Positions 48,532 to 61,423 are shown, counted from the first letter of the stretch. The stretch: DNA of 64,000 nucleotides from Octopus sinensis (GCF_006345805.1 NC_043000.1:16616001-16680000); one strand, 5' to 3'. The notes: generated from the sequence alone by a model not told the origin. Made by a program: numbers and translations.

Positions 48532-48624
48532 CCGTCGCTGATGGCGTGTGTTGGTTACTCTCCATTTCTTCAGAAAGTCGGTCTCTTGCTTGTGCAAGTT
48601 CAGTAGTTCTATGGCTAACAAGCT
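48532..48624 (-). CDS. Internal exon, 93 nt: (E)LVSHRTTELAQARDRLSEEMESNQHTPSAT(G)
   Basis: Strong acceptor ttttattattttcag|, weaker donor |gtgtgt; phase 1-1; open frame. Confidence 0.7.
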
Positions 48625-50275
48625 CTGAAAATAATAAAATGAATACAATAGAATGGTTCAGTAGAAGAGAGTTGTTTGACTGTCAATGATGAAAATAAAG
48701 GGGGACAAAGGGGAATTGGGTGATGATATAAAAAATAAACTACAAAAAAAAAAAAAACCATGGTAGCCTTTTTTTTGCTGACCTAGAATTTACAATAGTT
48801 CTTGGAGGTTTGTTACAATGATGAAAGAGAGGAAAAAAAAGGGTTGAAAAATGACAAAGTAAAATGAGGGGAAACAACACAGAACCCCTGAAAATGGTTT
48901 ATAATTCACCAGAGAATATTGTTAATACAAGTTTAAAAAATGGTTAAGATGTGGGTGAAAAATCCCCAAAATTATAACAATAATTAACACATTCACTGAT
49001 AGCAGGGTTAATTCCCTATAAGGAAAACAGTTAAACATGGGTTATAAAAACACTGGTTAGACTGTTAATTTGTGATCATTAAGGATACAATGTCTGCTGT
49101 TGGGCAATAACTGCCTATCAAGTTTTGTTGTTAGGATAAAAAAAATTACTCAGAAAGAAAATTACTGCAGCTGGAAGATATCTTCAAAGAAAATATCTTT
49201 TAACAGAGACCTTTAGGGAGCAATACACTTGGTAGATGGGGCTACTGACAGTGAAAGTGTTTAAGATATATATAAAATTATGTAAAAGAATAAGACACTC
49301 CAGCTTGCACAGATGATCTTCCTTTGTATAAGTAACTATGCTTTAATTATGAAAAATGAGTTGGTAAAAGAGAAAATAAGGACAGATTAACACTGAATAC
49401 ACTAAGAGTTTAATTCTGAGAGGTGTTAGAAAAAGCTAATTTTGGGTTATGATAGGATGTTTAAAAATGAGTTTATGTTCTGTGTTAGAATCTTACTCTA
49501 TTGTTTTTGGATTTAAAAGGAAAGCTACAAATTGCATGTAGTCGTGACAGGTATAAACTTGCACAAGCAACACAAGATAGAACAAGGCCTAAACATAAGG
49601 TTAGAAAGGGGTATAATAGTGTATGGGCTAAGGATAACTGCTGAGGCTAGAAAACAGGGCTTGAAAGAGCTAATCAGATGGATTATTTGATTGTTTCGAT
49701 AACAGTTGTGTAATGTGTGATAGGAAATTGCATGTAGTCGTGACAGGTATAAACCTTAAGAAACACGGGCAGAGTGTTCGTTACTTTGCTGTAGAAATTG
49801 AGTCAGTGTTGGTGTCTCAGATAAGAAGCAATTATGGAAGAATACATTAAAGGAAAGGAGACTTTATAAAAGTCCATTGTAGTAACAAGGGAGAAGAGAG
49901 TGGAGAACTTCATACAAATTTGGGCAAGAAGTATAGGGAATGGTAAGATTATTCAGGTATTAAACTAGCAACTCATAGCTCATGAAATGAATTTAAATCT
50001 GGCATGGCACCTTGGGTGACTTCTACATTGCCTCAGGTCATGTGATTGGATTTGAGAGAGAAACTGAAGGAAGCCTCTGTGTGTGCGAGTGTATTGTAAT
50101 CTCAAATCAGTTGTGAAACAAAATTATGATGAAAGATGTTTCAGTCGCGATAATCATACAGTATGTATATAACTGTTATTTCAGATAGCAGGACATGATT
50201 TGTGAGAATTCCGATCATTATTCTCAGGAAGTTGAGCAACTATTTTTTAGCTCCTCAATGAGCAATGTTTTCTAC

Positions 50276-50338
50276 CGCTCCCTTCCTCTTCCTTCTCATC
50301 GGTCTTACAATTTCGTATCTTCAGATTAAGCAGCTGAA
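50276..50338 (-). CDS. Weak candidate 63-nt exon (V)QLLNLKIRNCKTDEKEEEGS(G)
   Basis: Phase 1-1 and open, but both splice sites are poor (aaacaatag|, |gtagaa). Confidence 0.25.
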
Positions 50339-51215
50339 CTATTGTTTATTTCATTACTTTAATGAAGTTGACACCTTTAACTTATTTAGTGAGGGTGATA
50401 GAAGAGAAAATTTTAGGCCAATATATACATATTTGAAATATAATAGTCTTTATTATAAGACTAAGACAGTGTAATGGCAGAAAAAAGATAGGTTACTGGA
50501 TCAGAGGGTTTGTACTATTTACTTTCGTTTCTTTACAGTTTTAGTTGAAACCCAACTGAAGTAGACAGTCTTCTATCCCTATTAAAACACAAGTACTTTG
50601 CTTAATTCAACTGATTATATATGTCTGCTAATAATTTTGTGTATAGAGGGGTACTGTATATACAACCAAAAAGTATTTGTATTTACAACTACTTGCACAC
50701 ATATCTCTGAATAACCCAGCTCTCCAAGCTGTAGGCGACTGCCACATTATACTGCAGTTCACTATTTACTGTAAGATGCAAAAGCTCTGTTAATATGAAG
50801 ACTGTTTTTAATGTTTGTATCAATGATTTTAACACTTTTCAGGTATACTGTCCGGAAGAAGTGTTTTGGGGTTCTACCTCTCTCTGCTATATATCCCAAG
50901 TGTTCCAGATGGGAAAGAGGAATGGGCATAATTTTTCTTAAAAGTTTTATACTGAGTAGGTGTTAGCAGCAAACTGAGTCCATGATCTGGTTTGAACACT
51001 CACTTAAGGCCATTCCACTCTCTTCTCATATTCGGCCAATGTCCTTATGAGAGGTAAGAATGGAACAAGTCCAATTTCTTTCATTTTGAAAAATCAAGCT
51101 CAAAATAGTTGAATGAACAACATATCCAACCTTCAGCTCAAGGGTTGTGAGTTTGTGTCTGTATCAAGTATTCTATCTAGGGTTAGCTTACCTGGCTAAC
51201 CCTGTATCACTTTAC

Positions 51216-51239
51216 CTGGCTGGACAGAGGGGTCCAGAC
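51216..51239 (-). CDS. Candidate 24-nt microexon (G)LDPSVQP
   Basis: Acceptor caactttttcag| and donor CCAG|gtaaag; phase 1-1; a second donor lies 24 nt downstream. Confidence 0.55.
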
Positions 51240-51621
51240 CTGAAAAAGTTGCAGGCATTTTCTGGTGTGTTATCCAGAAGGAAAATTATGGTAAAATAAG
51301 CAAAATTCTGCACATGGCTATGAAGCTGCAATAATGGTTTGAAAATTATGTATACAATAATAATGAAATGCCAAATGGATGGGGACAGTCCTTACAATCT
51401 CAGTTTCCCTGGTATGACCTACATATGTCAACTGTAGCCGTATGAGCTATAAATGTTTTCTGGATATGCACAGCTTATAAGTATTAATGCTTATTAATAA
51501 TGTTGAGGAGACACAGTATCATGTTGCAGCGTCTTTAGAGAAAAATGTCAATTATTAACAATAAAGAGGGTACAAAATTTCCCAGTTTATATTTATTCCT
51601 CAATATTAACGAGATGGTTGT

Positions 51622-52006
51622 GGAAGCACTCCGTCGGTTACGACGACGAGGGTTCTGGTTGATCCAATCAACGGAACAGCCTGCTCGTGAAATTAACGTG
51701 CAAGTGGCTGAGCACTCCACAGACACGTGTACCCTTAACGTAGTTCTCGGGGATATTCAGCGTGACACAGAGAGTGACAAGGCCGGCCCTTTGAAATACA
51801 GGTACAACAGAAACAGGAAGTAAGAGTGAGAGAAAGTTGTGGTGAAAGAGTACAGCAGGGTTCACCACCATCCCCTGCCGGGAGCCTCGTGGAGCTTTAG
51901 GTGTTTTCACTCAATAAACACTCACAACACCCGGTCTGGGAATCGAAACCGCGATCCTACGACCGCGAGTCTGCTGCCCTAACCACTGGGCCATTGCGCC
52001 TCCACT
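51622..52006 (-). mobile_element. Young tRNA-derived SINE, family A, inverted relative to the other two copies
   Basis: Reverse complement of the 30680 and 61035 copies; 12-bp TSD CGAGATGGTTGT. Confidence 0.92.
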
Positions 52007-52244
52007 CGAGATGGTTGTAGTAAGGAATCGACTCAAGGTAACTAAGATACTTCTGACTGCAATATATATATTTTGTTTCTGGAAAGGAGTAAATCATCAA
52101 ATATATTAGATGACTTATTGCTGTGACAAAGACCAATGAGGGGACTTAATGCTGATGGAAGGACCAATGAGGACTTTAGGGACATTAACTGATCATGTCT
52201 CATTATAGTGACAATCTGACAGATGATAGTATATACTATAATAA

Positions 52245-52660
52245 TAATAATAATTGTGTACAGTGCTCAGGTGCACTACAACTCATCTAAAGTGTATATA
52301 TAATCAGGTGTAGTTTCAGCGGATTTCGGAAAGCATGAGGGCCTTAAAGGATGCAGTATCATGGCAGTCAACAACTGACGCAGGCAGTTTATTCCATGCT
52401 TCAGCAACTCTGAGCGTGAAAAAATGTTTCCGAAAGTCATGGGAGCTGTGTTGTTTTCTGACTTTGTAGGCATGTCCACGTGTGTTAGACACATGGAGAT
52501 CAAAAAGGTGTTCAGTGTTGTTGTTGGTGAGGTGGTTGATAACTTTGTGGGTGTTTACCAAGTCCGTTGCCAGACGCCGGAGCTTCAGTGAATCCATGCC
52601 CAGGGAAACAAGGCGCTCAGAATATGGTAGGTGTCTGATGGAGGGTATGCAAAACACTAA
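52245..52660 (-). mobile_element. 5'-truncated CR1-clade LINE 3' end
   Basis: ORF 52316..52657 reads LPYSERL..LGMDSLKLRRL...TRGHAYK...RKHFF..RV..AWNKLP..VV, the typical CR1 ORF2 C-terminus, followed by a short UTR and a TTA-type tail. Confidence 0.9.
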
Positions 52661-54239
52661 TTGATTAGAGTTACTATAGCGACAATTTTGCCAATAGGGA
52701 GAGAAAATAAAATCTGACTAATAGACGCTATTATAGTGAGAGTCTGGGTAATACTGAATTTCTATGGAGACTCAAGGCCGCCTTATCAACATACTAATAA
52801 CTAACACAAATTTTTCAATATTTTTCTGCCTCACTCTTGATTCTAAAATAAGAAAGTGAATAAATAAAATTTGAAACAAAGCATGAGATATTTTATTGGT
52901 GGGGATCCTGAAATGTTTAACTTTAAATTTAGAACTTTTAAAGGTTAGTTTCAATGTTATGTTAGAATATATTGTTTAGTTTACTTTTGTTTGTGGCTAC
53001 TACTGTTGTTATTATAGCAAACATCATCACCTAGTGATGACAGTTTCACCATGACCATCACCCACAACAAAGTGCAAGAATGAAAAAAGCCAAACTATGT
53101 TATTTCTAAAGCATGTGCAAGGCAAGACCAAAAATAAATTGGTGTTGAAAATAATAAATGTAAAGATAATTATAATAACGAGAAAGAAAAAAAGGTTAAC
53201 TGTAGAAGAATTATAGCAAAAGAGAAAATATTGTCAGTAGTTTTAGAATTGATTTTAAATTGGCCATCTTTATCTTGTATTTTACACTATATTGTTGATT
53301 GATGCATTAAAAATTGATAGGAAAATAAACTCACTAAAAAGTAGTGCAGAATAATAAAATAAGAATACTCAGAAGGATGAGGTTAACAAATTGATAGTCT
53401 GGAATTTTAAATTACTCTCAGATCAGATTATATTTTCAATTTTTGTTCCTTAAGACTTTCATTATTGTATAAAAGACATTTATTTAGTTTAGTAATGAAG
53501 TTTTAAAAAATAAATAAATGTATAAAGATTATGTGCAAGTTGGAATTTACAATTTATCTAGTCAAGGGGTCAAGTTTGAATTTACAATATTTCAAGGGGT
53601 GAGTGGATAAAGTCCACAATAAACAATATAAAGTTTTTCAGTTTTGAATTACAGAAAGATTGTAGCAATCCAATTTCCAGATTCAATAAACACACACATT
53701 ACATATTTTATAATATTATATAGCAGTTGGTTATAAAATATACTATATAGTCTTATATAGTGGAGTTTATAAATGGTTGGTTGAGTAGGAAGCTGAACAT
53801 GTGTTCATAAAAATGCTTGTTGATAAAACACGATACTTACTTTGGAATTTAAAAAATCATATCAAGTGAGACAATCAATAATTAGTTCTAACCGAAGAAT
53901 GGCTTCAAGGGAATGGCATATTAAATCAGTAGTAAATTTAAAGATTAAGCATTTTTTAGTGTATATATAAAAAAAAATTTTCTTAGAAAAGTGAATATAG
54001 GGTGTCTCAGAAAACCTTCACTACTACCATATATATTATAATAATTTTTGTGCCAGTTCTAGCCAAATAATTTTCAAGTACCTTTAGCCACTGTTTCTAG
54101 CCAATTGTCCTTAACTCTAAGTACCAACAAATTAAAAGGTTGCACTTCCCTCGTGAAACCCAATGTCCAAACATACCACATTTCCTCCTACCTTACATAA
54201 GCACCTGTAATTTTGCTAACCTCAGTCCACCATCATTAC

Positions 54240-54290
54240 CTTGAAGTCCTGTTGCTAAGGCACACACAAAACTGGCTTTTTCAGACACAA
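54240..54290 (-). CDS. Candidate internal exon, 51 nt: (V)VSEKASFVCALATGLQ(G)
   Basis: Acceptor cgcttacttgacag| and donor CAAG|gtaatg; phase 1-1; open. Confidence 0.5.
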
Positions 54291-54433
54291 CTGTCAAGTA
54301 AGCGAAGTAACCACTGATTTGGAAGATTGTCATATACAAAAGTAGTTGTTCAAACTCTTTGAGAATGAGACTTACAACCAGCACACTGTGCAGGTTTTTT
54401 TTTGTTTTGTGTGTGCGTGTATGTATGTGTGTG

Positions 54434-54469
<36 letters not shown>

Positions 54470-57400
54470 CATGCTCTAGTAAAGCCATTTTTAGTTAATG
54501 GCTATGTTATGCTAAGAAGAATTAAACTTCTTGCTCTGTTGTTTCAAAGCAGATGTCATATTGATTTGACATTTGCTAGTCAATGAAATGCGTGCTTCTG
54601 AGGCAAGACAAATCACACAAAGAATCATGGTAAATTATCCTAAAATATAACTAATACTGCAGATAACATCAAAAAGTTGTAAGAAAACTAATAACATAGA
54701 GCCATTTTTTTTTTCATTCATTTATCCTAAGAGCCTTAAAATTGATGCATATTATTTAGATTAGAAGTTGTAAGCACTGCCTTAGATTCTTTCCAAGTAT
54801 CCTCACCAGTTCTAGTTTAGATTCATCTCATCAGTTATTCCAGGTATACCCAGGAGTTGAATTTGGTAGATGAAAATTGTACAGAAGCTTGTTTACTCTC
54901 TCTCTCTCTCTCCATATGTGTGTGATTGTGTATTTAAATCAATTTAAAAACCACTGTTGCTTATATTGTGTTCCTTTACACCTCAACTTAGCAGTAAGAC
55001 GTATAGGGATTGATAAAACAAATACCAGATAGAAATAAGTATTGGGAGCAGATATATAATCAACTAAAATCCTTGAAGGCAGTGTCCCATCCTGATTGAA
55101 ATCAGTAAAACAAGAAACTGTGTGAAGTATTTTATTCCTTAATGTGATCTTGGTAAATATTTCAAAAGTATTTCTGCCAAGAATTATAACTTTGCCATAT
55201 AAGCAGCTCATCATTGGTGATAGCACAATCTTTAATTCTGACATACAAATAAAATAAGAATAATAAATCTCAAGCTGAATTTAGCATCATGGACAATGAT
55301 GGTTCATACTCTGCTAACAAGCACGGGAGTATCAGCAGAAAATCATTTATAGTGGGCTCCCAGCAGTATCATTATTTTAATGTCTGCTTTTGCATGTTTG
55401 TATTAGTCAGATGGAGTTTATTGAGGCAAATTTTCTACAATTGGATGCCTTTCCTGTCGCCAACCTTCACCTGTTTCCAAGCAAGGTAATATTTGCTTTA
55501 TAGTCGGACATATTTCCATGGAAGGTTGGAAATGAACACCACCACTTGTAAGATGGTGACACTCATTTACAATTATCACATAATGTCAAGATAAGACTCA
55601 CACCCAAATACACACATCTCTCTCTCTCATATATTTGTATCTATCTACCTATACTTATATGACAAATTTCTTTCAGTTTCCATCTACTAAATCCATGTAT
55701 AAGGTTTTAGTCAGCTTGAGGATATACAAGAGACACGCCCAAAGTGCTGGACAGTGGGACTGTGCTTAAAAACCACATAGTTGGGAGGCAAACCTCATCA
55801 TACAGCCATCTCATTAAGTGATAAATATTATTTTATATTAATTACTTTATATCCATTTTAAAAGACTAATTTGGACCAAGGATGCTTTTTTCCCTCTTGT
55901 ATGTTTATATTGACGAATTAGTGACAGTACAAAATTTTAGACTCGTTAAAACATGACTTCACAACCAGTTCTTTTTCAATAAAAAAACAAAGGGTAAATA
56001 TACCAAAAGATATATTTTAAAATATCATTTAAACTGAGTTAGATATCATAAGTTTGTGTATGTGTGTATAAAAGTTATGTACATGTATATACACAAAGAT
56101 AATATATACTTGTGTAGAGACAAAGAGATAGGTTAATATCAGAATATATGTATGTATACATATGCTTAATATATCTATACATATTTTTCTTTATGTGTAT
56201 GTACATAGACACTAACACATACACAAAGTTTCTGTCATCAAACAAAATTCTTTACATAGTTCATATCCATTTCTACCAAGCAGGCATGGTGGGAGATGCC
56301 TTGGGTCATGACACTATAGGCTCATTAGTGCTGGAGTTTCTCCTATTTTCATGGCACAATAGCCCTGTCATACACATATACAGAATGTGATGTCAGTCCT
56401 TCGCAGAGTCAACCTCCAAATGTGTGGGCTGGGCCAATGTAAAATGAAGTGTTTTGCTGAAGGACCCAATGTGCTGCCTGGTCTAGGAATTAAAAAACCA
56501 TGACATTACACTCATGAATCCAATCCACTAACAACAAGGTCATGCTTTTGGACATGGTTTACTTGTGAGAATTCCCCTTTTTTTTTTTTTTCTTTTTTTA
56601 CAGTTTCTTATCTCTAACCAGTGTGAAGTGGGATGTGGAACTTTGGGAAGCTAAGACTAAGCTAATCTTCCCCCAAAAGTACAGTTGGAAAAAAAAAACA
56701 AGTAATGGTCTGCAATAGCAGATTTACGTACTTTGCTCAAGGACACCAAAAGGGCTATAGTAGAAAGGTTTAAACTTTTATGATCATGCAGCATGGTTAG
56801 TAACATTGCACTTTAATCTTACAGCAATTGCACCTTTCAAATGTTAATTGGTGTATGTAGGTGTATCTAAGGATTAATATATACTGTATTTGATGGTATA
56901 AAAGATGTATAGGCAACTTAGATGCACCTCAATTTCAGCAGTGCATATTAAAAGAAAAAGCACTAGGGACAAAATTAACTTATGGGAGGCCCAACTCTGC
57001 ATATAGGAACCATGGTGATTTTTTTCAAACACTTTTTCTTTTTTGGGGAAAAAATGTGCATCTTATATGCCATCAAATGTGGTAAAACAAGAGATCTATT
57101 ATTCGAGAAAGGTTAAGAAAAAATGTGTGGAAAATGGGGTTAAAATTATTGAACATCTCACTTGAAAAAAAAGATAGAGGAAATAGTTAAAAATATCTAA
57201 AATACTGGTTACATGCAGAGGCAAGCTAAAGCCAAAAAATAGGTTGTTTTTTCTTTTGACAAAATATATACATTTCTAGTCATTTGGCAATTTTATCATT
57301 TTTTTTTTCCTTTTTGAAAAAATTCAAAAAACATATTGGATTGTATGCTTTGGTAGTTTGGTTTTTATGCAAGAAGTATACACATATTAAAAAAATGACA

Positions 57401-57959
57401 TCATATATATATATGTATATATATGTCTGTCTTTCCAAAGATGTGTAAAAGTTAAATGAAAATAACCACTATGAGTTGGTTGCAGAAAATGTGAACAGAA
57501 TTGGCAAACAGGTTGTAGTTAAAAAAATGGTTTACACTCTTAAAAAAAATCAAGGTCAACATGGCTACACGAGGATTAGTAAAGAGAAAATACATTGAAA
57601 AATGTTATTTCATAGTCAGAATAATTAAAATTATATATATATATATATATATAAATATATAGGGAGCCAAGGGGAATAGGGGAAACAAGAGATATTTGAA
57701 ACTGCTCACAAATAGTGATTAACAAGTAAGATTCAATCAGTTATATTTTACTAAATGAGGTTTAGTTTATTAGTATAATAATAATTATATTGATAATTAA
57801 AAAAATAAAATTCTATAAGTATTCATTCACAAAACCTTTATTAGGAGTCAGTGTGTAATCAGTGCTGAAAATGTTCAGCCTATATTTGTCCAAAAACATA
57901 AAATGGCCAAATCATAATCACAAAATCCTTAGGAATAAAATGGGGCACAATACTGTAAG

Positions 57960-58016
57960 CATATTGAACTGGACACTACACAAAAATAACTGACTAGACA
58001 ATATTTAACTGGACAC

Positions 58017-58050
<34 letters not shown>

Positions 58051-58287
58051 TGGATTGGGCACTATATACATAAAATAAACTGGATTGTGCATTATACATC
58101 TAAATAAAATGGGCTGGGATATAAATAAACAAGTAGCATGGGGTGGACATTATACTTGGCTTAAAAGTTAAAATAAAATAAAATAAAGTGGACACTATAC
58201 ATAAATTATTTGGACTGGGTGTATATTGTTTATAAGGGTTGATAAATTTCAATAAATTACACTGAATACTGTTAACTGAACTGGACA

Positions 58288-58290
<3 letters not shown>
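57960..58290 (+). repeat. Degenerate ~22-bp minisatellite (AAATTGGACTGGACACTATAT-like), patch 1
   Basis: Recurrent actggacac / aattgga motifs; same family as 59740-60440. Confidence 0.6.
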
Positions 58291-58344
<54 letters not shown>

Positions 58345-58821
58345 CATACACACACATACATGTATACATGGGTGTGTGGTCAAGAAATTCACTTTACAGT
58401 GATGTGGTTTGGGATTTAGTACCAGCGTCACACCTTAGAAAAGTATCTTCTGCTATAACCATGGACTGATAAAGGCTTGAGTGAATTTAGTAGGGAGAAG
58501 AGAAGGTAGTTGTATGTGTGCTTGTGCGTGAGAGAGAGAGAGAGAGAGAGGGTGTGTGTGTGTGTATTTGTCTTCTTGTTTTGACATTGAATACAAATTG
58601 TAAGCAATCACCACCAATATAGAAGAACTACTGTTTATTCATAGTATCCCATGAAAACATGTCTGGATGGCGGGTGGGGTGGGGGAATATTTGCTTGCTT
58701 GCAAACAGGTAAGCATTTGTAACAGAACAGCACCTGGACATAGAAAACCTGCTTCAGCAAATCCTACTTGACCATGCAAGCATAGAAACATGGATGTTAA
58801 AACAATGATGATGATGATGAT

Positions 58822-59004
58822 GTATCCCATAAGGTTTGCAAGTCCAATGGAGGCCTCAAAAGACATTTTAAGATCCACAAAGATCAGAACTTATCTGCAG
58901 CTCTTGGTGGTCCAAATCGGATGGGCAATCTATGCGGGTGTCTTTTCAAAACATCATCTGGTTTAAAAAGCCATATCAGATGCCACGATGTTTCTAAGGC
59001 GTAG
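58822..59004 (+). mobile_element. LINE ORF2 C-terminal remnant with two C2H2-like zinc fingers
   Basis: Reads VSHKVCKSNGGLKRHFKIH...GNLCGCLFKTSSGLKSHIRCHDVSKA*. It sits among retroposon fragments; an RTE-type origin is inferred. Confidence 0.6.
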
Positions 59005-59048
59005 GTACAGGAGTAGATAACCACTATATATATATATATATATTTATT

Positions 59049-59308
59049 AAGGTGGTGAGCTGGCAGAAACATCAGCGCGCCAGGCGAAATGCTTAGCGGT
59101 ATTTCGTCTGTCGTTACGTTCTGAGTTCAAATTCTGTCAAGGTCGACTTTGCCTTTCATCCTTTCAGGGTTGATAAATAAAGTACCAGTTTCACACTGGG
59201 GGCCGATGTAATCGACTTAATCCCTTTGTCTGTCTTTGTTTGTCCCCTCTATGTTTAGCCCCTTGTCCGTGCTAGCACGGAAAACGGACGTTAAAGGATG
59301 ATGATGAT
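59049..59308 (+). mobile_element. Family B SINE fused to a family D 3' tail
   Basis: The family B body ends at ttagccccttgt and is followed directly by ccgtgctagcacggaaaacggacgttaaaggatgatgatg. Confidence 0.75.
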
Positions 59309-59739
59309 AATATATATACACACATCATTTTAATGTATAATGTTCCATGCTTGTGTGGGACAGACTGAATTTGTTGAGGTAGATTTTCAGTGGTTGGTTG
59401 GATGCTCTTCTTGTTGCCAACCCTCACCTCAAGACAATATTTTCCCATGACTGAACATGCTTTTACAGATGATTGGAAAAAGGAACACCAATTGTATGAC
59501 AGTGATACTTATTTATAACCAATGAGTAATATCAAACACACACACACACACACATCCATGATTGACTTCTTTCCATTTCTATCTACCAAATCAAATCTCA
59601 GCTTTGGATGGCCTGAGGTTAGAATAGAAGACACATACCAGAGATGGCATGCAGCAGGACTGAACCCCAAATTAAGTGCTTAAGAAGTTAACTTCTTAAC
59701 CACATAGTCATATATACCTATAGGTAAAATGAGTTGGAC

Positions 59740-60440
59740 ATGACATAAGACTGATTACTATACATAAATAGACTGAACTTAGACTGGACGCAATACATAT
59801 TGATGATGTGAGCTGGTGAACTTAAAATATACTGAACACTATATATAAATTGGGTGAGATAATAAATATACAAATTAGTCTGGACTATAAATATATATAT
59901 ATTGGACACCAGAAAAATTGGACTGGACTCTATACTTAAATTGGGTTGGATAATATAGAAATTAGACTTAACACTATATATGAATTGGACAGTATATAAA
60001 TTGGGCTGGACTCTATACATAAATCGGATTTGGACACTATATATATATATATAGATATATAAATTGGGTTGGATAATATACAAATTAGACTCAACACTAT
60101 ATTTGAATTGGAGCAGATGGTATATAAATATAAACTGGACACTACTTAAATTGGACCAGGCTCAATATATAAATTGGATAGGGTATATATATATAAATTG
60201 GGTTAGATAATATATAAATTAGACTTGACACTATATATGAATTGGACTGCATGGTGTGTGTTTGTATATATGTATATATATATACACACGCACACACATA
60301 CTGAACACTACATAAATTGGACTGGGCTCAATACATAAATTGGATAGGGAACTATTTATATATAAACTGGGTTGGATAATATATAAAAATTAAAACTAGA
60401 CTCAGTATATGAATAAACTTGGACTGGACTACATAAATAA
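59740..60440 (+). repeat. Degenerate ~22-bp minisatellite with a recurring ~50-bp super-unit, patch 2
   Basis: A ~50-bp super-unit, consensus aaattgggttggataatata.aaattagact.aacactatat.tgaattgga, recurs with small variations near 59938, 60061 and 60196. Confidence 0.75.
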
Positions 60441-61034
60441 AGGTTTCTTGAATGATAATTTTAGTCAAATAGAAAAACAAACAAGCCAGGAAACAAAATG
60501 CAGTTGTTACATTTATTTTAAAAGATAATTTAATAATTAATTTATTAGTTTAACGAAGATTGTAATACTTTTTTTTTTCTCAACAGATTATCAGATTCAA
60601 TATGATGATGTAAAGAGAAGAAAAAAATGAAATTTAAAAAAATGAAATTTATTTGTTAACAAAATATAGCATTCCTTGGTGGTAGTGGTGCTAGTCCCAA
60701 TCCGCAGAAGATAATGAAATGAGAAGACTTTTTGAAAAAAGGAAATGAGAAAATGTTTGACAACAGAAAGACATGTGTGGCGAAGTAGTTTGATAGTGGT
60801 GACCAATCACTGATAGTGAGGAGGGGACAGCAATTCCATTTATATATATATATATTGCGATCTATGTTTATGCATGTATGTGTGTGTTGCCTATATAAAG
60901 TAAACTGGCTTATGTAGCTAGCATCTTCCAATCCTCCATGAGGTCAACTGTATCATCAACAAACTGAAAGAAAACCTTCTCAATAGAAACAGACACACGC
61001 ACACACACAAGCTCCAAAGGGTGTAGAACTACAT

Positions 61035-61423
61035 GTGGAGGCGCAATGGCCCAGTGGTTAGGGCAGCGGACTTGCGGTCGTAGGATCGCGGTTTCGATTC
61101 CCAGACCGGGCGTTGTGAGTGTTTATTGAGCGAAAACACCTAAAAGCTCCACGAGGCTCTGGCAGGGGGTGGTGGTGATCCCTGCTGTACTCTTTCACCA
61201 TAACTTTCTCTCACTCTTACTTCCTGTTTCTGTTGTACCTGTATTTCAAAGGGCCGGCCTTGTCACTCTCTGTGTCACGCTGAATATCCCCGAGAACTAT
61301 GTTAAGGGTACACGTGTCTGTGGAGTGCTCAGCCACTTACACGTTAATTTCACGAGCAGGCTGTTCCGTTGATTCGGATCAACCGGAACCCTCGTTGTCG
61401 TAACCGACGGAGTGCTTCCATCC
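61035..61423 (+). mobile_element. Young tRNA-derived SINE, family A
   Basis: Near identical to the 30680 copy; TSD AGAACTACAT(GTG). Confidence 0.92.

Larger units (their letters stand above)
341..54290 (-). other. Partial multi-exon gene encoding a giant, repeat-rich, largely disordered protein (more than 7,100 aa from this window if all exons are joined); probable giant-ankyrin-like C-terminal region
   Basis: Eight exons with AG/GT boundaries, each a multiple of 3 and phase 1-1, join into one open frame on the minus strand. Ankyrin identity is inferred from the giant repeat exons and the 27018-27400 module. No ankyrin core domain is in the window. Confidence 0.75.
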
